Source: an uncultured Acidobacteriota bacterium
GTDB taxonomy: Bacteria > Acidobacteriota > Thermoanaerobaculia > Multivoradales > UBA5704
DNA length: 64,000 nt
Direction: 5' to 3'
Assembly: GCA_963770895.1 (NCBI GenBank)
Contig: CAVYRF010000002.1
Coordinates: 928,001-992,000, forward strand
Positions 27,719 to 38,942 of this stretch are shown one piece after another. Numbering within the stretch: the first letter of the stretch is position 1; the number at the start of each line of letters is the position of its first letter. The translations under genes were made by a program, and so were the position numbers. The notes under the pieces are model-generated. The model was not told where the DNA came from. It saw only the letters and a list, made by a program, of their open reading frames with translations, and did not search any database.

Positions 27719-28852
27719 ATGGCTGGCGCAGAGACCGAGCTCCGTACCGTGGAGGGCTCCAGCGCGCTGGTGGCGATCGAGCGCGAGCGTTTCCATTCCT
27801 ATTCGCAGCTGGTCCGCAATCTCCACTGGCTGGCGGCAGCCCTGGTGGTGCTGTATGGGCTGCTGTCGCGCGGGGCCAGGATCCCGGCGCTGCTGACCCA
27901 GGGCGTCGCCCTGGGCTCCGACCTGGGGACGCTGCTGGTGCTGGCCGGCACCATGGTGGCCTACACGCTGGCGTTGCACTCGCGTCTGTTCGCGCGCTTC
28001 TCGCTCGAAGAGCGGATGTGGGCGGAAAACGTCGTCGACCTGTCCTGGATCACCGCCGTGGTGCTGTTCACCGACGCCACGCGCAGCCCGTTCTTCTTTC
28101 TGTACTACATCGTGCTGTACGCCTCGACGCCGTCCACCAGCCGCCGCCAGACCTACGGCAAGGCGATCGCGATCAGCGTGCTGATGCTGTTCGTCATCCT
28201 GCCGCTGGGCGCCGGCACGATCAACCGGTCCAAGCTCGCCGCGCAATGGGCGACGCTGGCGGGCAACCTGCTGTGGCCGCTCGCCGGCGTGTGGCTGGTG
28301 GCCTACTTCTCCGCCGAAGCGGGGACCCTGGGCGCCAACCTTCACCAATCGCTGTTCCTGGCCGCTCACACCGACGCCCTGACCGACCTGCCGAACCTGC
28401 GCTACTTCACCACCGCCGCAGACGCGCGCGGCAAGCTGGGCGGCTTCTACACCATCGTCATGGTCGACGCCGACAACCTGAAGAAGGTGAACGACACCCA
28501 TGGGCATGCGGTCGGCTCCGAGCTGATCCGCACCGTCGCGGACGCCATCCGCAGCGCCGCCCGCAGCGGCGACGACCTGTGCTCCCGCATCGGCGGCGAC
28601 GAGTTCATCGTCCGCCTGGCGAGCGCCTCCGAAGCCGGCGCGCTCGCCTACTGCCGGCGGGTGCGCACCTACCTTGGCGAGCACCCCCTGCGGATCGGCA
28701 CCGACACCCTGCTGCCCATCTCGGTTTCGATGGGCATCGCCGCGTTTCCCAAACACGGCCGCACCCTGTCGGAGGTCACCCGCCACGCCGACGAGGCCCT
28801 GTACCGCAGCAAGCAGGAAGGCCGCGCCCGCGACAACGTGTGGGCCGCCTGA
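27719..28852 (+). CDS. Membrane diguanylate cyclase (GGDEF)
   Basis: TDALTDLPN, LKKVNDTHGHAVG, RIGGDEF, ADEALYRSK; extended -10 TGCTATAAT upstream. Confidence 0.92.
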   Translation: MAGAETELRTVEGSSALVAIERERFHSYSQLVRNLHWLAAALVVLYGLLSRGARIPALLTQGVALGSDLGTLLVLAGTMVAYTLALHSRLFARFSLEERMWAENVVDLSWITAVVLFTDATRSPFFFLYYIVLYASTPSTSRRQTYGKAIAISVLMLFVILPLGAGTINRSKLAAQWATLAGNLLWPLAGVWLVAYFSAEAGTLGANLHQSLFLAAHTDALTDLPNLRYFTTAADARGKLGGFYTIVMVDADNLKKVNDTHGHAVGSELIRTVADAIRSAARSGDDLCSRIGGDEFIVRLASASEAGALAYCRRVRTYLGEHPLRIGTDTLLPISVSMGIAAFPKHGRTLSEVTRHADEALYRSKQEGRARDNVWAA

Positions 28853-28952
28853 ACCATCCCATCCCCCCAGCCCTCCTTGCCAACCTGGTGTCCCGAGTCA
28901 GAGCGCGGATGGCTCGCCGACCGACGCCGCGCTTTCTGACTCGGGACGGTAC

Positions 28953-30362
28953 CTACTTGGCGTAGCCGAGCGACCGCAGGCGAGCCAGGTCCTCCGGCGA
29001 GGGCTGCACCAGGGGATCGGGGCGCAGGCCGGCGAGCAGGCGATGCTCCTCCTGGTCGTGGGCGCGGGCCTGCATGTAGCGCGCAAGGAGGGCCGCAGCC
29101 AGTTGGGGACGGTCGCGCAATCGATTCTGCGTTTCGCCGGGATCGCGCGATACGTTGTACAGCTCGGTCGCATGGTCGTCCGCCACCAGCAGCGACCATA
29201 GCGGCGTGCGCAACTTCTCCCGCGAGCCGGCCATGTAGACCCAGCAGCGGCCCTCGCGGCCGGCGGTCAGCAGCGGCAGCAGGCTGCGCCCTTCGGCTTC
29301 GGGGTTGCACGGGATGCCCAGAGCATCCAGCACGGTCGGCATGATCTCCAGGGTCGAGACCAGCTCGGAGATCCGCCGGCCGCCGAAGACGCCGTGCGGG
29401 AAGCGGATCATCAGCGGCACGTGCGCGATCTCTTCGTAATTCTGCTCGTGCAGGAAGCGGCCGTGCTCGGCGAACTCCTCGCCATGGTCGGCGGTCAGCA
29501 CGATCAGCGTCGTGTCCCACAGGCCGAGCACCCGCAGGTGGTGGAAGAGCTGCTCCAGCTGGGCGTCGACGTAGGCGATGCCGCCATCGTACAGGCCCTT
29601 CATGTATTCGACGTCGGCGGCGCTGAACACGTCCTTGCGGACCGCCTTCGGCATCTTGTCGACCGCCAGCAGCAGCTCGCTGGCGCACAGGCCGTTGCGG
29701 CAGCCGTCGAAGGTGCCGTGATATCCGGCGGTGAACATCCGGTTGTACGCCGGGCCGTGATCGTAGGGCAGGCGCTTGAAGGTGGAATGGACGTCGTAGG
29801 TGTGCAGGAACAGGAAGAACTTGCCGCCGTGATAGGAATCGATCCATTGGTAGAGCATCGGCAGCTCGACCGCAAAGTCGCCGCCCCAGTCGTAGAAGAA
29901 ATCGAAACCTTTTCCGAGCCCGTACATGGCGCGCACGAAACCGCCGCCGGTGTAGCCGCGGGTGTGGTAGCCCGCGGCACGCAGCTGCTCGGCCAGGGTG
30001 ATGCGTTGCGGCGACAGCGCGTGGGGGCTGTCCGCCCACTCTCCATGCACGGTGGGCGGCAGCGAGGTGAACATCGAGGCGTGCACCGGCAGCGTGCCGC
30101 CGCCGGTGTTGATATTGCGATCGAACACCACGGCCTCGCGCGCGAATCGATCGATATTGGGGCTGACCGGCCGGGGGTATCCGTACACCCCAAGATGGTC
30201 CGCCCGCAACGTGTCGATCGAGATCAGCAGCACGTTGCAGCCGCGGCACCGGTACCCGGCGTCGACCAGGCCGGGACCGGCGGGTTTGTGCGTCCAATTG
30301 CAGCCCAACGCCAGCGTTACAGCAAGCAGACCGGGCAATGCCCGCAACGGATATGCCTTCAT
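28953..30362 (-). CDS. Sulfatase-like hydrolase/transferase, probable lipoprotein
   Basis: LALGC lipobox, NVLLISIDTLRADHLG, TLPVHASMFTS, TADHGEEF, LRSLGY. Confidence 0.88.
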   Translation of the reverse strand: MKAYPLRALPGLLAVTLALGCNWTHKPAGPGLVDAGYRCRGCNVLLISIDTLRADHLGVYGYPRPVSPNIDRFAREAVVFDRNINTGGGTLPVHASMFTSLPPTVHGEWADSPHALSPQRITLAEQLRAAGYHTRGYTGGGFVRAMYGLGKGFDFFYDWGGDFAVELPMLYQWIDSYHGGKFFLFLHTYDVHSTFKRLPYDHGPAYNRMFTAGYHGTFDGCRNGLCASELLLAVDKMPKAVRKDVFSAADVEYMKGLYDGGIAYVDAQLEQLFHHLRVLGLWDTTLIVLTADHGEEFAEHGRFLHEQNYEEIAHVPLMIRFPHGVFGGRRISELVSTLEIMPTVLDALGIPCNPEAEGRSLLPLLTAGREGRCWVYMAGSREKLRTPLWSLLVADDHATELYNVSRDPGETQNRLRDRPQLAAALLARYMQARAHDQEEHRLLAGLRPDPLVQPSPEDLARLRSLGYAK

Positions 30363-30432
30363 TTTGCCATCCCCCGTCAGATGCATGACGATCATGCGGG
30401 CAATCCGCCGCTTCGGCAAGAGGGACCGCGGC

Positions 30433-31680
30433 TCACTGGCAGCTGGCGGGGAAGGCGTAGCTGTCGGTGACCGCGGGCGCCGGCAGCCCCAGGTAGTTGA
30501 AGTAGACCTTGCCGATGCCGGTGCGCACGTCGGTGACCTCCAGCCTATAGAAGACGTCGGTGGTGGCCGCCGAGAACACCCAAAAACTGCTGTCGAGCGC
30601 ACAACCGTCGATCACCTTGACCATCAGCTCCCAGTTGCTGGGATCGAAGAACCAGAAGAGGCCCGAGCCGCTGCCGGCGGCCGGACTGGCGCCGGGCGGT
30701 GTTACCGCCGGCGCGACGGGGACGACGGAGCCCACGCCGGTGGCGCCGTAGGCGGTGCGCCAGCTGACGTCGATGAGAAAGGACCCTTCCAGGCAGAGCG
30801 CCGTCGCCGTCGAATCGCCGCACGACGGAGCGACCGCCGGCCGCGTCACGCTCCAGGTACCGCCGAACGAGCCGTTGTAGACGCCCAAGGCGTCGCTGCC
30901 GTCCGCCTGCAGGCTCCACACCGCCACCAGTCCGGGCTGTGGCACGGTCAGGGCGATACTGATCGTGGCGCGGATCTGGTCCACCGTGCGCGCCACGCTC
31001 CACAGCCGCATCTCGGTCATCGTACCGGCGGGACTGTAGGGCCACGACACGTCGCCGCCGATGCGCAACGCCGCCGTGCTCACCGCCGGCGGACCCGGCA
31101 CCGCGAACGATCCGACCAGCTCGCCGTCGACGTAGTGGCTCTGCGTCGTCCCATCGAAGGTCACCGCCAGGTGGGTCCACTGCCCGGCGGGCACCGTGCC
31201 GGCGGCGAACGCCGAGCCGCTGCCGCGGAACGACGCCTGCAAGGTATTGCCGCAGACCCCGAACCAGTAGGCTTGCGTCTCATCCTTGCCGGCCAGGCTG
31301 CGGCAGGCCTGGCCGCCGAACGGCGTCGCCAGATTGACCCAGGCCTCCAGCGTGATCGCCGAGGCAGGATTGAGCGCCGGGCTGTCCGCCACCTCAAGGT
31401 AGCCGTTGCCCGTCGCCGGATCGCCCGTACCGCTCCACAGGATCGCACCGCCAAAGGGCTGCGCCGCGGCCGGCGGCGCCAACCCCGCCAACCCCGCCAA
31501 CATTGCGCTGCCGGCGGCAGCGCTCAGCAAGGCTCTGGCGACCGCGCGGCAGAGAGCCGCCGCCCCCCTGGTCGCCGCCCCGACCGCCATCGTCATGGGT
31601 GCCACCGCGGTCGCCACGACAGCCGCCGCCGGCCGGCGGCAGGAAGACACGTTGCCCAGCATGGAAATTGTGGGGATCAT
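30433..31680 (-). CDS. Secreted LamG-like jellyroll protein with C-terminal FWFF domain
   Basis: ITLEAWV, WTHLAVTFDG, YVDG, EMRLWSVART; SGLFWFFDPSNWELMVKVIDGC; start uncertain. Confidence 0.85.
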   Translation of the reverse strand: MIPTISMLGNVSSCRRPAAAVVATAVAPMTMAVGAATRGAAALCRAVARALLSAAAGSAMLAGLAGLAPPAAAQPFGGAILWSGTGDPATGNGYLEVADSPALNPASAITLEAWVNLATPFGGQACRSLAGKDETQAYWFGVCGNTLQASFRGSGSAFAAGTVPAGQWTHLAVTFDGTTQSHYVDGELVGSFAVPGPPAVSTAALRIGGDVSWPYSPAGTMTEMRLWSVARTVDQIRATISIALTVPQPGLVAVWSLQADGSDALGVYNGSFGGTWSVTRPAVAPSCGDSTATALCLEGSFLIDVSWRTAYGATGVGSVVPVAPAVTPPGASPAAGSGSGLFWFFDPSNWELMVKVIDGCALDSSFWVFSAATTDVFYRLEVTDVRTGIGKVYFNYLGLPAPAVTDSYAFPASCQ

Positions 31681-31817
31681 GAAATCCCTCCTTTCTATGC
31701 TGTAAGGACGGAAACGCCCCGCCGCAACGCGCAACTCGCCGCAACTTTTTTCACGCCGCCCCCCCGTCCACGCGACCGTGGCAGCCGGCAGGTCGGAGCT
31801 GGAGGCTGGCAGTTAGG

Positions 31818-33227
31818 CTAGAAGGTCGCCGCGAGCGCCGGCGCGGTGCGGCCGCGGTAGATGGCCAGATAGCTTTCCAGGGCGGTCAGCGCCAGCCGGT
31901 CGGCCGAGCTGGTCACGACGCGAATGCCGCCCCGCCGCAGGTGGGCGGCAAGCCGCCGGTTGGCCAGACTGATCTCCAGGGCGGCCACCTGGGCGAAGGC
32001 TGCCACCGGGGTGCGCGGCTCGGCGCTGGCCAGGCGCCGCAGCTCGGGGTCTTCCAGGTTGATCAGCAGCGGCCGGTGGCGAACGGCCAGCCGCAGCAGC
32101 GAATCCCGCAGCAGCTCCGCCGCCGCCAGGTCCACCACCGAAGTGAACAGCACGGCGGTGGCGCGCCGCGGCTCGACGCTGGCCGCCACGTCGGCCATCA
32201 GGTCGTAGGCCGGCTCGACGATCCGCGCCGCCAGGTCGAACAGCGCCGCGTAGCCCTGCCGCGCCGAGCGCGGGCCGGAATGCAGCCGCACCCGGCGCTC
32301 CACCCGGTCGGAGAAAGCCACCACGCTCACCTGGTCGCCGCGCGCCGCCGCCACGCGGGTGAGCGCCAGCGCCGCCGCCAGGGCGTAGTCGAGCTTGCTG
32401 CGGCCGCCGTCCATCGACGCCATGGCGCGCGCGCAGTCGAGCAGCACCACCAGCCGCTCGCTGCGCTCCCAGGTGTCCTCGCGGCTGATCAGCCGGCCGT
32501 GGCGCGCCGTCGCCTTCCACTGCACCTTGACCAGCGGGTCGCCCGGCAGGTAGGCACGCAGCGCATAGGGCTCGCTGCCGACGCCCTGCAAACGCAGCGC
32601 GGCCTGCCCCAGGCGCTGCCGGTGCGCGGCGGCGAGCAGCTGGCCGACGCGCCCGTCCCAGCGCACCTGCGGATACACCCTCACCTTTTCGTCCGTCAGC
32701 AGGTCGCGCTGCGCCCAGCTGAGGCGCCAGGGACCCAGCACCCGCACCGTCAGCGGCGCCACCAGGTGCTCGCCGCGGCGCCGCGGCACCAGCATGTACC
32801 GCCAGGTGGCCGGCAATCCGGCGCCAGCCGTCAGCCGCCGGCGCAGCGGCGCCTCCGCCAGCGCCGGATGCAGCCCCTCGCGCAGCGACAGCTCCACCGG
32901 GCGGCCCCCGCCGCGCCACACCCGCGCCCCAGCCGCACCTGCCGCCCCTGCCGCGCCCGCCGCACCCGCCGCGCCCGCCGCGAGCGGCGCCCCGACGGCG
33001 ATCGTCAGCTCGACCTGGCCGGCCGCCTGCTGCACCAGCATCGTCGGCCACCGCCGCACCGCCGCGAGCGGCACCCGCCGGGCGCGGTGCCAGTCGACGA
33101 CCGCCGCACCCAGGATCAGGACATCCAGGATCGCCGCCCAGGGCGCCAAAGCCGGCGCCAGGAACGCGCCGATGAACAGCGCCGTGACCAGGCCAAGCAG
33201 GCGGAAGCAGCGAGCGGCTGGCACCAT
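31818..33227 (-). CDS. DUF58 family protein (MoxR partner)
   Basis: [28 protein letters not shown]. Confidence 0.9.
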   Translation of the reverse strand: MVPAARCFRLLGLVTALFIGAFLAPALAPWAAILDVLILGAAVVDWHRARRVPLAAVRRWPTMLVQQAAGQVELTIAVGAPLAAGAAGAAGAAGAAGAAGARVWRGGGRPVELSLREGLHPALAEAPLRRRLTAGAGLPATWRYMLVPRRRGEHLVAPLTVRVLGPWRLSWAQRDLLTDEKVRVYPQVRWDGRVGQLLAAAHRQRLGQAALRLQGVGSEPYALRAYLPGDPLVKVQWKATARHGRLISREDTWERSERLVVLLDCARAMASMDGGRSKLDYALAAALALTRVAAARGDQVSVVAFSDRVERRVRLHSGPRSARQGYAALFDLAARIVEPAYDLMADVAASVEPRRATAVLFTSVVDLAAAELLRDSLLRLAVRHRPLLINLEDPELRRLASAEPRTPVAAFAQVAALEISLANRRLAAHLRRGGIRVVTSSADRLALTALESYLAIYRGRTAPALAATF

Positions 33228-34330
<1,103 letters not shown>

Positions 34331-34331
<1 letters not shown>

Positions 34332-34380
34332 CTCTCCAGGTCGCTCCAGGTCTCTCCGGCTCTATCCAGGTCTCTCCACG
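34331..34380 (-). repeat. Five tandem 10-bp repeats (consensus CCTGGAGAGA on the coding strand) abutting the moxR ATG
   Basis: + strand TCTCTCCAGG TCGCTCCAGG TCTCTCCGGC TCTATCCAGG TCTCTCCACG. Confidence 0.85.
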
Positions 34381-34424
34381 CGCCGCCAGATCCAGGAAGT
34401 TGCACGCCATGCCGCGCCGCGCCG

Positions 34425-35537
34425 CTAGGCCGCCGACCGCCCTTTGCGGCGGGCTGCCAGCTGCACAGCCAGGGCGACCAGGTCGTCCGGGCCGGCGGCC
34501 GCGGCCTGCCGGTCCATCGCCGCCGGCAGCACCAACCCGCGGTCCAGCTCGCGCGCCCGCGCCACCAGCAGCCGCGCCGCTTCGGCGTGGTGTCCCAGAC
34601 GGTGGTGCAGCCAGCCCAGGCCGAGCAGGAAGGTCGCCGCCGAACCGGCCAGCGGCGGCCGCTCGCTCCAGGCCGGCCCCTGCCGCCGGGCGAGCGCCAG
34701 CACTCCCAGCACGTACAGCAGGACCAGGTGGAGGAACATCAGATCCGCGACGTGGCCCAGGCGCGGGTCGCCGGCCTTGTCGATGGTGATCAGGCCGTGG
34801 TCGTATTCGTCGAAAACCCAGCGCCGGCCCAGGTTGCGCCGCAGCGCCTCCAGCAGGTTGGCGTTTCCCGGCTGGTCCAGCCTGGCATTGGACAGCGCGT
34901 CCGCCGGCAGCACGACGACCCTGCCGCGGCCGTGCCGCGCCACGGTGATCACCGGCTGGCCGGCCGGACCGGTGTATAGGACCAGCGCCGCCGGGTCGGC
35001 CCGCGGCAGCTGCCGCGGCGCCCAGATGCGCACCGGCTGCCAGCCCGGCAGGGCCGGACGCAGGGTCCACTCCTGGCGGATGAAGCGGCGCCACTGCCAA
35101 TAGCCGAGGGGCGGCCGGCGGACGGTCTTGCCTTCCCGCAGACCGGCAAACTGCTCGGCCGCCAGGCCGCTGCCGCTGTAGGCCAGGATCAGGTCGCCAC
35201 CGCGAGCCACGTGGTCGTCGAGCGCTCCTTCCAGGTCCGCGGACGGCATCCCCTGCCACGGAAACGCCAGCACCAGGACGGTATGGCTGCCGTCGCGCCC
35301 CGAGCCACCGCGCGTGCCGGCATCCGTCCCGCCGCCCTCCATGAAACGCACCGGCGACTCGGTGAGCAGGCTCACCTTGGCGCCGCGGTCGGCCAGGTAG
35401 CGGCGCGCCGCGAGCCACCCGTCGGGGCGGCGCGAAAGCGAGCTGCCGCCGCTCGACAGGCCGCCGGCCGACAGGACGACGGCGGCAAATGCCACCACGA
35501 AGACCGCCGCCGCGGCCACCCATTGCCAGCGCTTCAC
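34425..35537 (-). CDS. DUF4350-type membrane protein
   Basis: N-terminal TM, GRGRVVVL..ALSNARL..NANLL, VFDEYDHG, C-terminal TM; MoxR operon context. Confidence 0.75.
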   Translation of the reverse strand: MKRWQWVAAAAVFVVAFAAVVLSAGGLSSGGSSLSRRPDGWLAARRYLADRGAKVSLLTESPVRFMEGGGTDAGTRGGSGRDGSHTVLVLAFPWQGMPSADLEGALDDHVARGGDLILAYSGSGLAAEQFAGLREGKTVRRPPLGYWQWRRFIRQEWTLRPALPGWQPVRIWAPRQLPRADPAALVLYTGPAGQPVITVARHGRGRVVVLPADALSNARLDQPGNANLLEALRRNLGRRWVFDEYDHGLITIDKAGDPRLGHVADLMFLHLVLLYVLGVLALARRQGPAWSERPPLAGSAATFLLGLGWLHHRLGHHAEAARLLVARARELDRGLVLPAAMDRQAAAAGPDDLVALAVQLAARRKGRSAA

Positions 35538-36175
35538 GCCAGCGCCGCCTCGAGCGACGCGCGCAGCTGCCGCACCTCGTCGACGGCCGGCAGGCGCGGA
35601 CCGTACGTCAGGGCGTCCAGCCGGCGCACCAGGCTCCGCAGGTCGTCACGGCGCGTGCGGGACAGCAGCTCGCGGCCGGTCCAGGTCGGCTCGGCCAGCG
35701 GCCCGGCAAGCGAACGCGCCAGCCACCACCAGAGGGCGCGCATCGCGGCGTGCACCTGACCCGCGCTCAGGCAGCGGTCCAGCTCCGCCCGCCAGCCGTC
35801 GGCGTCCCATGCCGCGGCTTCGCCCGGTGCCGCGGCGGCGGCGCCCTCCGCCGCACCGCGGTTTGCCGGCGGCGCCGCCTTCGCCCGGCCGCCCCGCCAC
35901 AGGTCGATCGCCGCCTGAGCCGCGGCCCCCAGGGCGAAAAGCGCCGCCAGCCCCACGATCGCCAGGACCGTGTACCAGACCGCCGGCAACGTCCGCAGGT
36001 GCACGGCGCGCTCGATCAGGTCGGCCACCACGCGGTAGCTCGCGGCCAGCAGCTCGCGGGAGTACGAGGCATCGGGAGGCACCGGTTGGCGGGCGACGTG
36101 GCTCGCCGCCAGCGCTCCGTCGACCAGCGAGCGATCAGCCACCGCCGGCGGGAACGCCAGGGGCACACGACTCAT
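35534..36175 (-). CDS. DUF4129-type membrane protein
   Basis: TM then AAMRALW...WTGREL...LTYG; operon context. Confidence 0.65.
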   Translation of the reverse strand: MSRVPLAFPPAVADRSLVDGALAASHVARQPVPPDASYSRELLAASYRVVADLIERAVHLRTLPAVWYTVLAIVGLAALFALGAAAQAAIDLWRGGRAKAAPPANRGAAEGAAAAAPGEAAAWDADGWRAELDRCLSAGQVHAAMRALWWWLARSLAGPLAEPTWTGRELLSRTRRDDLRSLVRRLDALTYGPRLPAVDEVRQLRASLEAALA

Positions 36176-37173
36176 CAGAACTGGGGTCCTCCCTCGGGCG
36201 GCTCCGGCCCGTCGGGCGGCCAGGCGGCGATCGGCGGCGGCGGCGGCGGCGACGGCGGGGCGACTGCCATGCCGGCGATCGCCGCCTGCAGGTCCTGGCC
36301 CTCGCGACGGCGGCGCGCGTCCACGAAGAGCAGCGCCAGCGCGAAGCCCCCATAGAGGTAGACCGCGGCCCGGATGGCGCTGGCCAGGACGACGAACGGC
36401 ATCTGCATCCAGACGAGCCGCGGCGTCATCCCCTGGAAGGTGCCGCCGCTCGCGATCTGGTGCAGGACGCTGCCCATGACGATGCCCATGATCGGCAGCG
36501 ACACCACCATGCCGACCAGGGAGGAGGTGATCCATAGCACTCCCACCAGGGCCAGCACCTTGGCGATCGAGCTGGTGGAGACCTGCCGCTGCGGGTTGTA
36601 AGTGGCCAGCGTGGCGCTGCGGCGCAGCGCCGCCATGCCGGCGAGCCCTTCGTCGGCCATCGCCGGGAGCGTAAAGGACAGCAGCGGGCCGACGTAGAAC
36701 ACCGGCACCAGGCAGCAGCATGCGGCCGCGGTCACGCTCACCCACAGCAACAGGACGGTGCCGAACATCCTGGGCCGCACGACAAAGCGGATGCTGCGCC
36801 CGGCGCTGGCGCCGCGGCCCGCCACCGTGTCGACCGCCGCCACCACCGTGGCGGAGGCGACCAGGATGATCACCAGGATCGTCGGCAACGCCACCGCCAG
36901 GACGCCGATCGCGAAGCCGAAGGCCTGCGCCGGGTCCGCCATGTTGGGGGCGCCGGGGCCGCCCGTCATCCTGCCTTGCGCCCAGGCCTGCACCGCGGTC
37001 TGCACCGCGGCCAGCAGGGCCAGGGTGACGGCAAACGGCGGGAACAGCCGGCGCAGGTTGGCTCGGGTCAGGCGCATCGCTTCGTCCAGGAGCCTGGTGA
37101 AGCGCTGCGGTTCCAGCGCCGACGCCGGCGCCGCCGCTGCCGCCGGAGCCGGAGCCTCAAAGCCGTTCGTCAT
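36175..37173 (-). CDS. Multi-pass membrane protein of the MoxR operon
   Basis: Several TM helices; C-terminal DARRRREGQDL typical of these operons. Confidence 0.75.
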   Translation of the reverse strand: MTNGFEAPAPAAAAAPASALEPQRFTRLLDEAMRLTRANLRRLFPPFAVTLALLAAVQTAVQAWAQGRMTGGPGAPNMADPAQAFGFAIGVLAVALPTILVIILVASATVVAAVDTVAGRGASAGRSIRFVVRPRMFGTVLLLWVSVTAAACCCLVPVFYVGPLLSFTLPAMADEGLAGMAALRRSATLATYNPQRQVSTSSIAKVLALVGVLWITSSLVGMVVSLPIMGIVMGSVLHQIASGGTFQGMTPRLVWMQMPFVVLASAIRAAVYLYGGFALALLFVDARRRREGQDLQAAIAGMAVAPPSPPPPPPIAAWPPDGPEPPEGGPQF

Positions 37174-38155
37174 CGTCCTCCCCCACGGATTTTCTGGGGG
37201 CGAGCGCCGCTCCCAGAAACAACGCTTCCAGGCTGAGCCCCAGCGCCAGCTTGGCGCCCAGCGGCACCGTCGGGTCGGGCGAGATGTTGCCCTCGATCAC
37301 CGCCAGGACCACGAACCACGGCAGGCAGCCGAGCAGCACGTGCAGCGAGTCCCTGCCCGCCTGGCGGATCGCCTCGTTGCGCGGCACGTCGCCGGCCGCG
37401 ACGATGGCTCGCCCGATGCCGAGACCGGCGGCGGCGGCAACCAGGATCAACGTGATCTCCAGCGGCCCATGCGCGGCGGTGAAGGCGAGCAGATCGCCGG
37501 CCAGCGAATAGCGCATGGTCACCCCGACCAGGGCGCCCAGCTGCAGTCCGTTGAGGACCACGATATACAGCGGCACGATGCCGGCCAGCAGGCCGCCGCC
37601 CCAGGCCACCAGGGCGACGCCGAGGTTGTTGGAAGCGATCTTCGACGAGGTGACGGCGGACGGCACCGACGTGGTCAGGGTTTCGGTCCACAGATGGCCG
37701 TCCTCCAGGCCCTGAATTTGCTTGGGCCCCAGCAGGATCTCGCCCAGGCGCGGCTGCGCTCCCGCCAGAGCCAACCCGAACAGGGCGGCGCCGGCGAAGA
37801 TCGTCACCACCACGGCCAGCAGGCCGAGCTGGCGGCGAAACGCGGTGGGAAAGGTGACGCGGGCAAAGTGGATCAGCCCGCGGCGCTTGCCGGTCTGGCG
37901 CGTCAGGCGCAGCGTGCCCGCCAGGGCGAGCGCCGCCAGCTGGCGGGCGACCGCGGTGCCCGGAAAACGGTTGGCCGCCAGCGCGTGGTCGTGGAGCACC
38001 TGGCGATAGTCGAAGGCCAGCTGCTCGACCTCGGCGTAGGTGGGCGCCTGCCGCCCGCCGCGCCGCTGCCGCCGCTCGCCCAGGCGGCGTACCTCGGCGG
38101 CGAAGCGCTCCCAGAGCGGCCGGCGCAGCAGCACGAACCGCGTGTAGTCCATCAT
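37157..38155 (-). CDS. Stage II sporulation protein M (DUF95) family
   Basis: IASNNLGVAL, LNGLQLG, HGPLEIT, VIEGNIS. Confidence 0.88.
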   Translation of the reverse strand: MMDYTRFVLLRRPLWERFAAEVRRLGERRQRRGGRQAPTYAEVEQLAFDYRQVLHDHALAANRFPGTAVARQLAALALAGTLRLTRQTGKRRGLIHFARVTFPTAFRRQLGLLAVVVTIFAGAALFGLALAGAQPRLGEILLGPKQIQGLEDGHLWTETLTTSVPSAVTSSKIASNNLGVALVAWGGGLLAGIVPLYIVVLNGLQLGALVGVTMRYSLAGDLLAFTAAHGPLEITLILVAAAAGLGIGRAIVAAGDVPRNEAIRQAGRDSLHVLLGCLPWFVVLAVIEGNISPDPTVPLGAKLALGLSLEALFLGAALAPRKSVGEDDDERL

Positions 38156-38856
38156 CCCTGCCGCACGTCCAGGGCGCGGCGGAGCGCCGAAACCGGGCCG
38201 CCCGGCGGGTCGTGCAGGTCGCTGTCCTTGACCAGCTGCGGCGCGTCGTGGTGAATGCGTACCAGCAGCTGCCGCGCCATCTCGTCGCGCGCCAGGCTGT
38301 CGACCAGGAAGCGCTCGCGCGCCAGGAACCCTTCGACGACGCTCACTTCCCGCGGTCCCCACCCCGGCGGCACGCGGCTGAGCAGCGGCGGCCTGTCGTC
38401 CTGGACCTCGTGGACCACCAGCGTGCCGGCCAGCCGATCGCCCAGCCGCCGCGCCAGCGGGTCCATGGCGATCAGCGGCACGCCCACCAGGTAGTCGACT
38501 TCGCGCACCAGGTTGCGCGCCAGGAGCGCCCCGGCACCGGGCTCCGCCCCCTCGGCGGTGACCACCCGCAGGCGGAACGCCATCTTGCCCAGGGTGCGGC
38601 CGCCGGTAGCGATCTCCATGCCGGCGAAGTACCCCCATTCGAGGAGGAACATGCCGCCCCCGATCACCGCGACGATCCAGACACCGTGGAACCACGCGGC
38701 GACCGCCGCTCCCAGCAGCGCCCAGAGCACCGCCAGGACCCCGACGCAGCAGTAGTCGATCAGCGCCGCCAGGCAGCGGCCGCCCAGGCCGGCCACCGGC
38801 AGGTCCAGGCGGATGTTGTCCAGCGCAAGGATGCTCTCGCGCTCAAGCTCAGCCAA
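38152..38856 (-). CDS. RDD family protein
   Basis: GGRCLAALID, GRTLGK..LRVV, RRLGDRLAGTLVV. Confidence 0.9.
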   Translation of the reverse strand: MAELERESILALDNIRLDLPVAGLGGRCLAALIDYCCVGVLAVLWALLGAAVAAWFHGVWIVAVIGGGMFLLEWGYFAGMEIATGGRTLGKMAFRLRVVTAEGAEPGAGALLARNLVREVDYLVGVPLIAMDPLARRLGDRLAGTLVVHEVQDDRPPLLSRVPPGWGPREVSVVEGFLARERFLVDSLARDEMARQLLVRIHHDAPQLVKDSDLHDPPGGPVSALRRALDVRQG

Positions 38857-38942
38857 CGGTTCCTTTCCGCGCCGGTCAGCGGACGCTTCAGGTGTGGCCC
38901 ACGGCCCAACCGGAATACCGCTATTCTGTCATGTGCCGGTCT

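Noticed and set aside
32930-32985. 9-bp tandem repeats (AAG)n in DUF58 and (AKG)n near 63485-63517 in the kinase
   Set aside because: In-frame low-complexity loop expansions, common in GC-rich genomes; no phase-variation potential.
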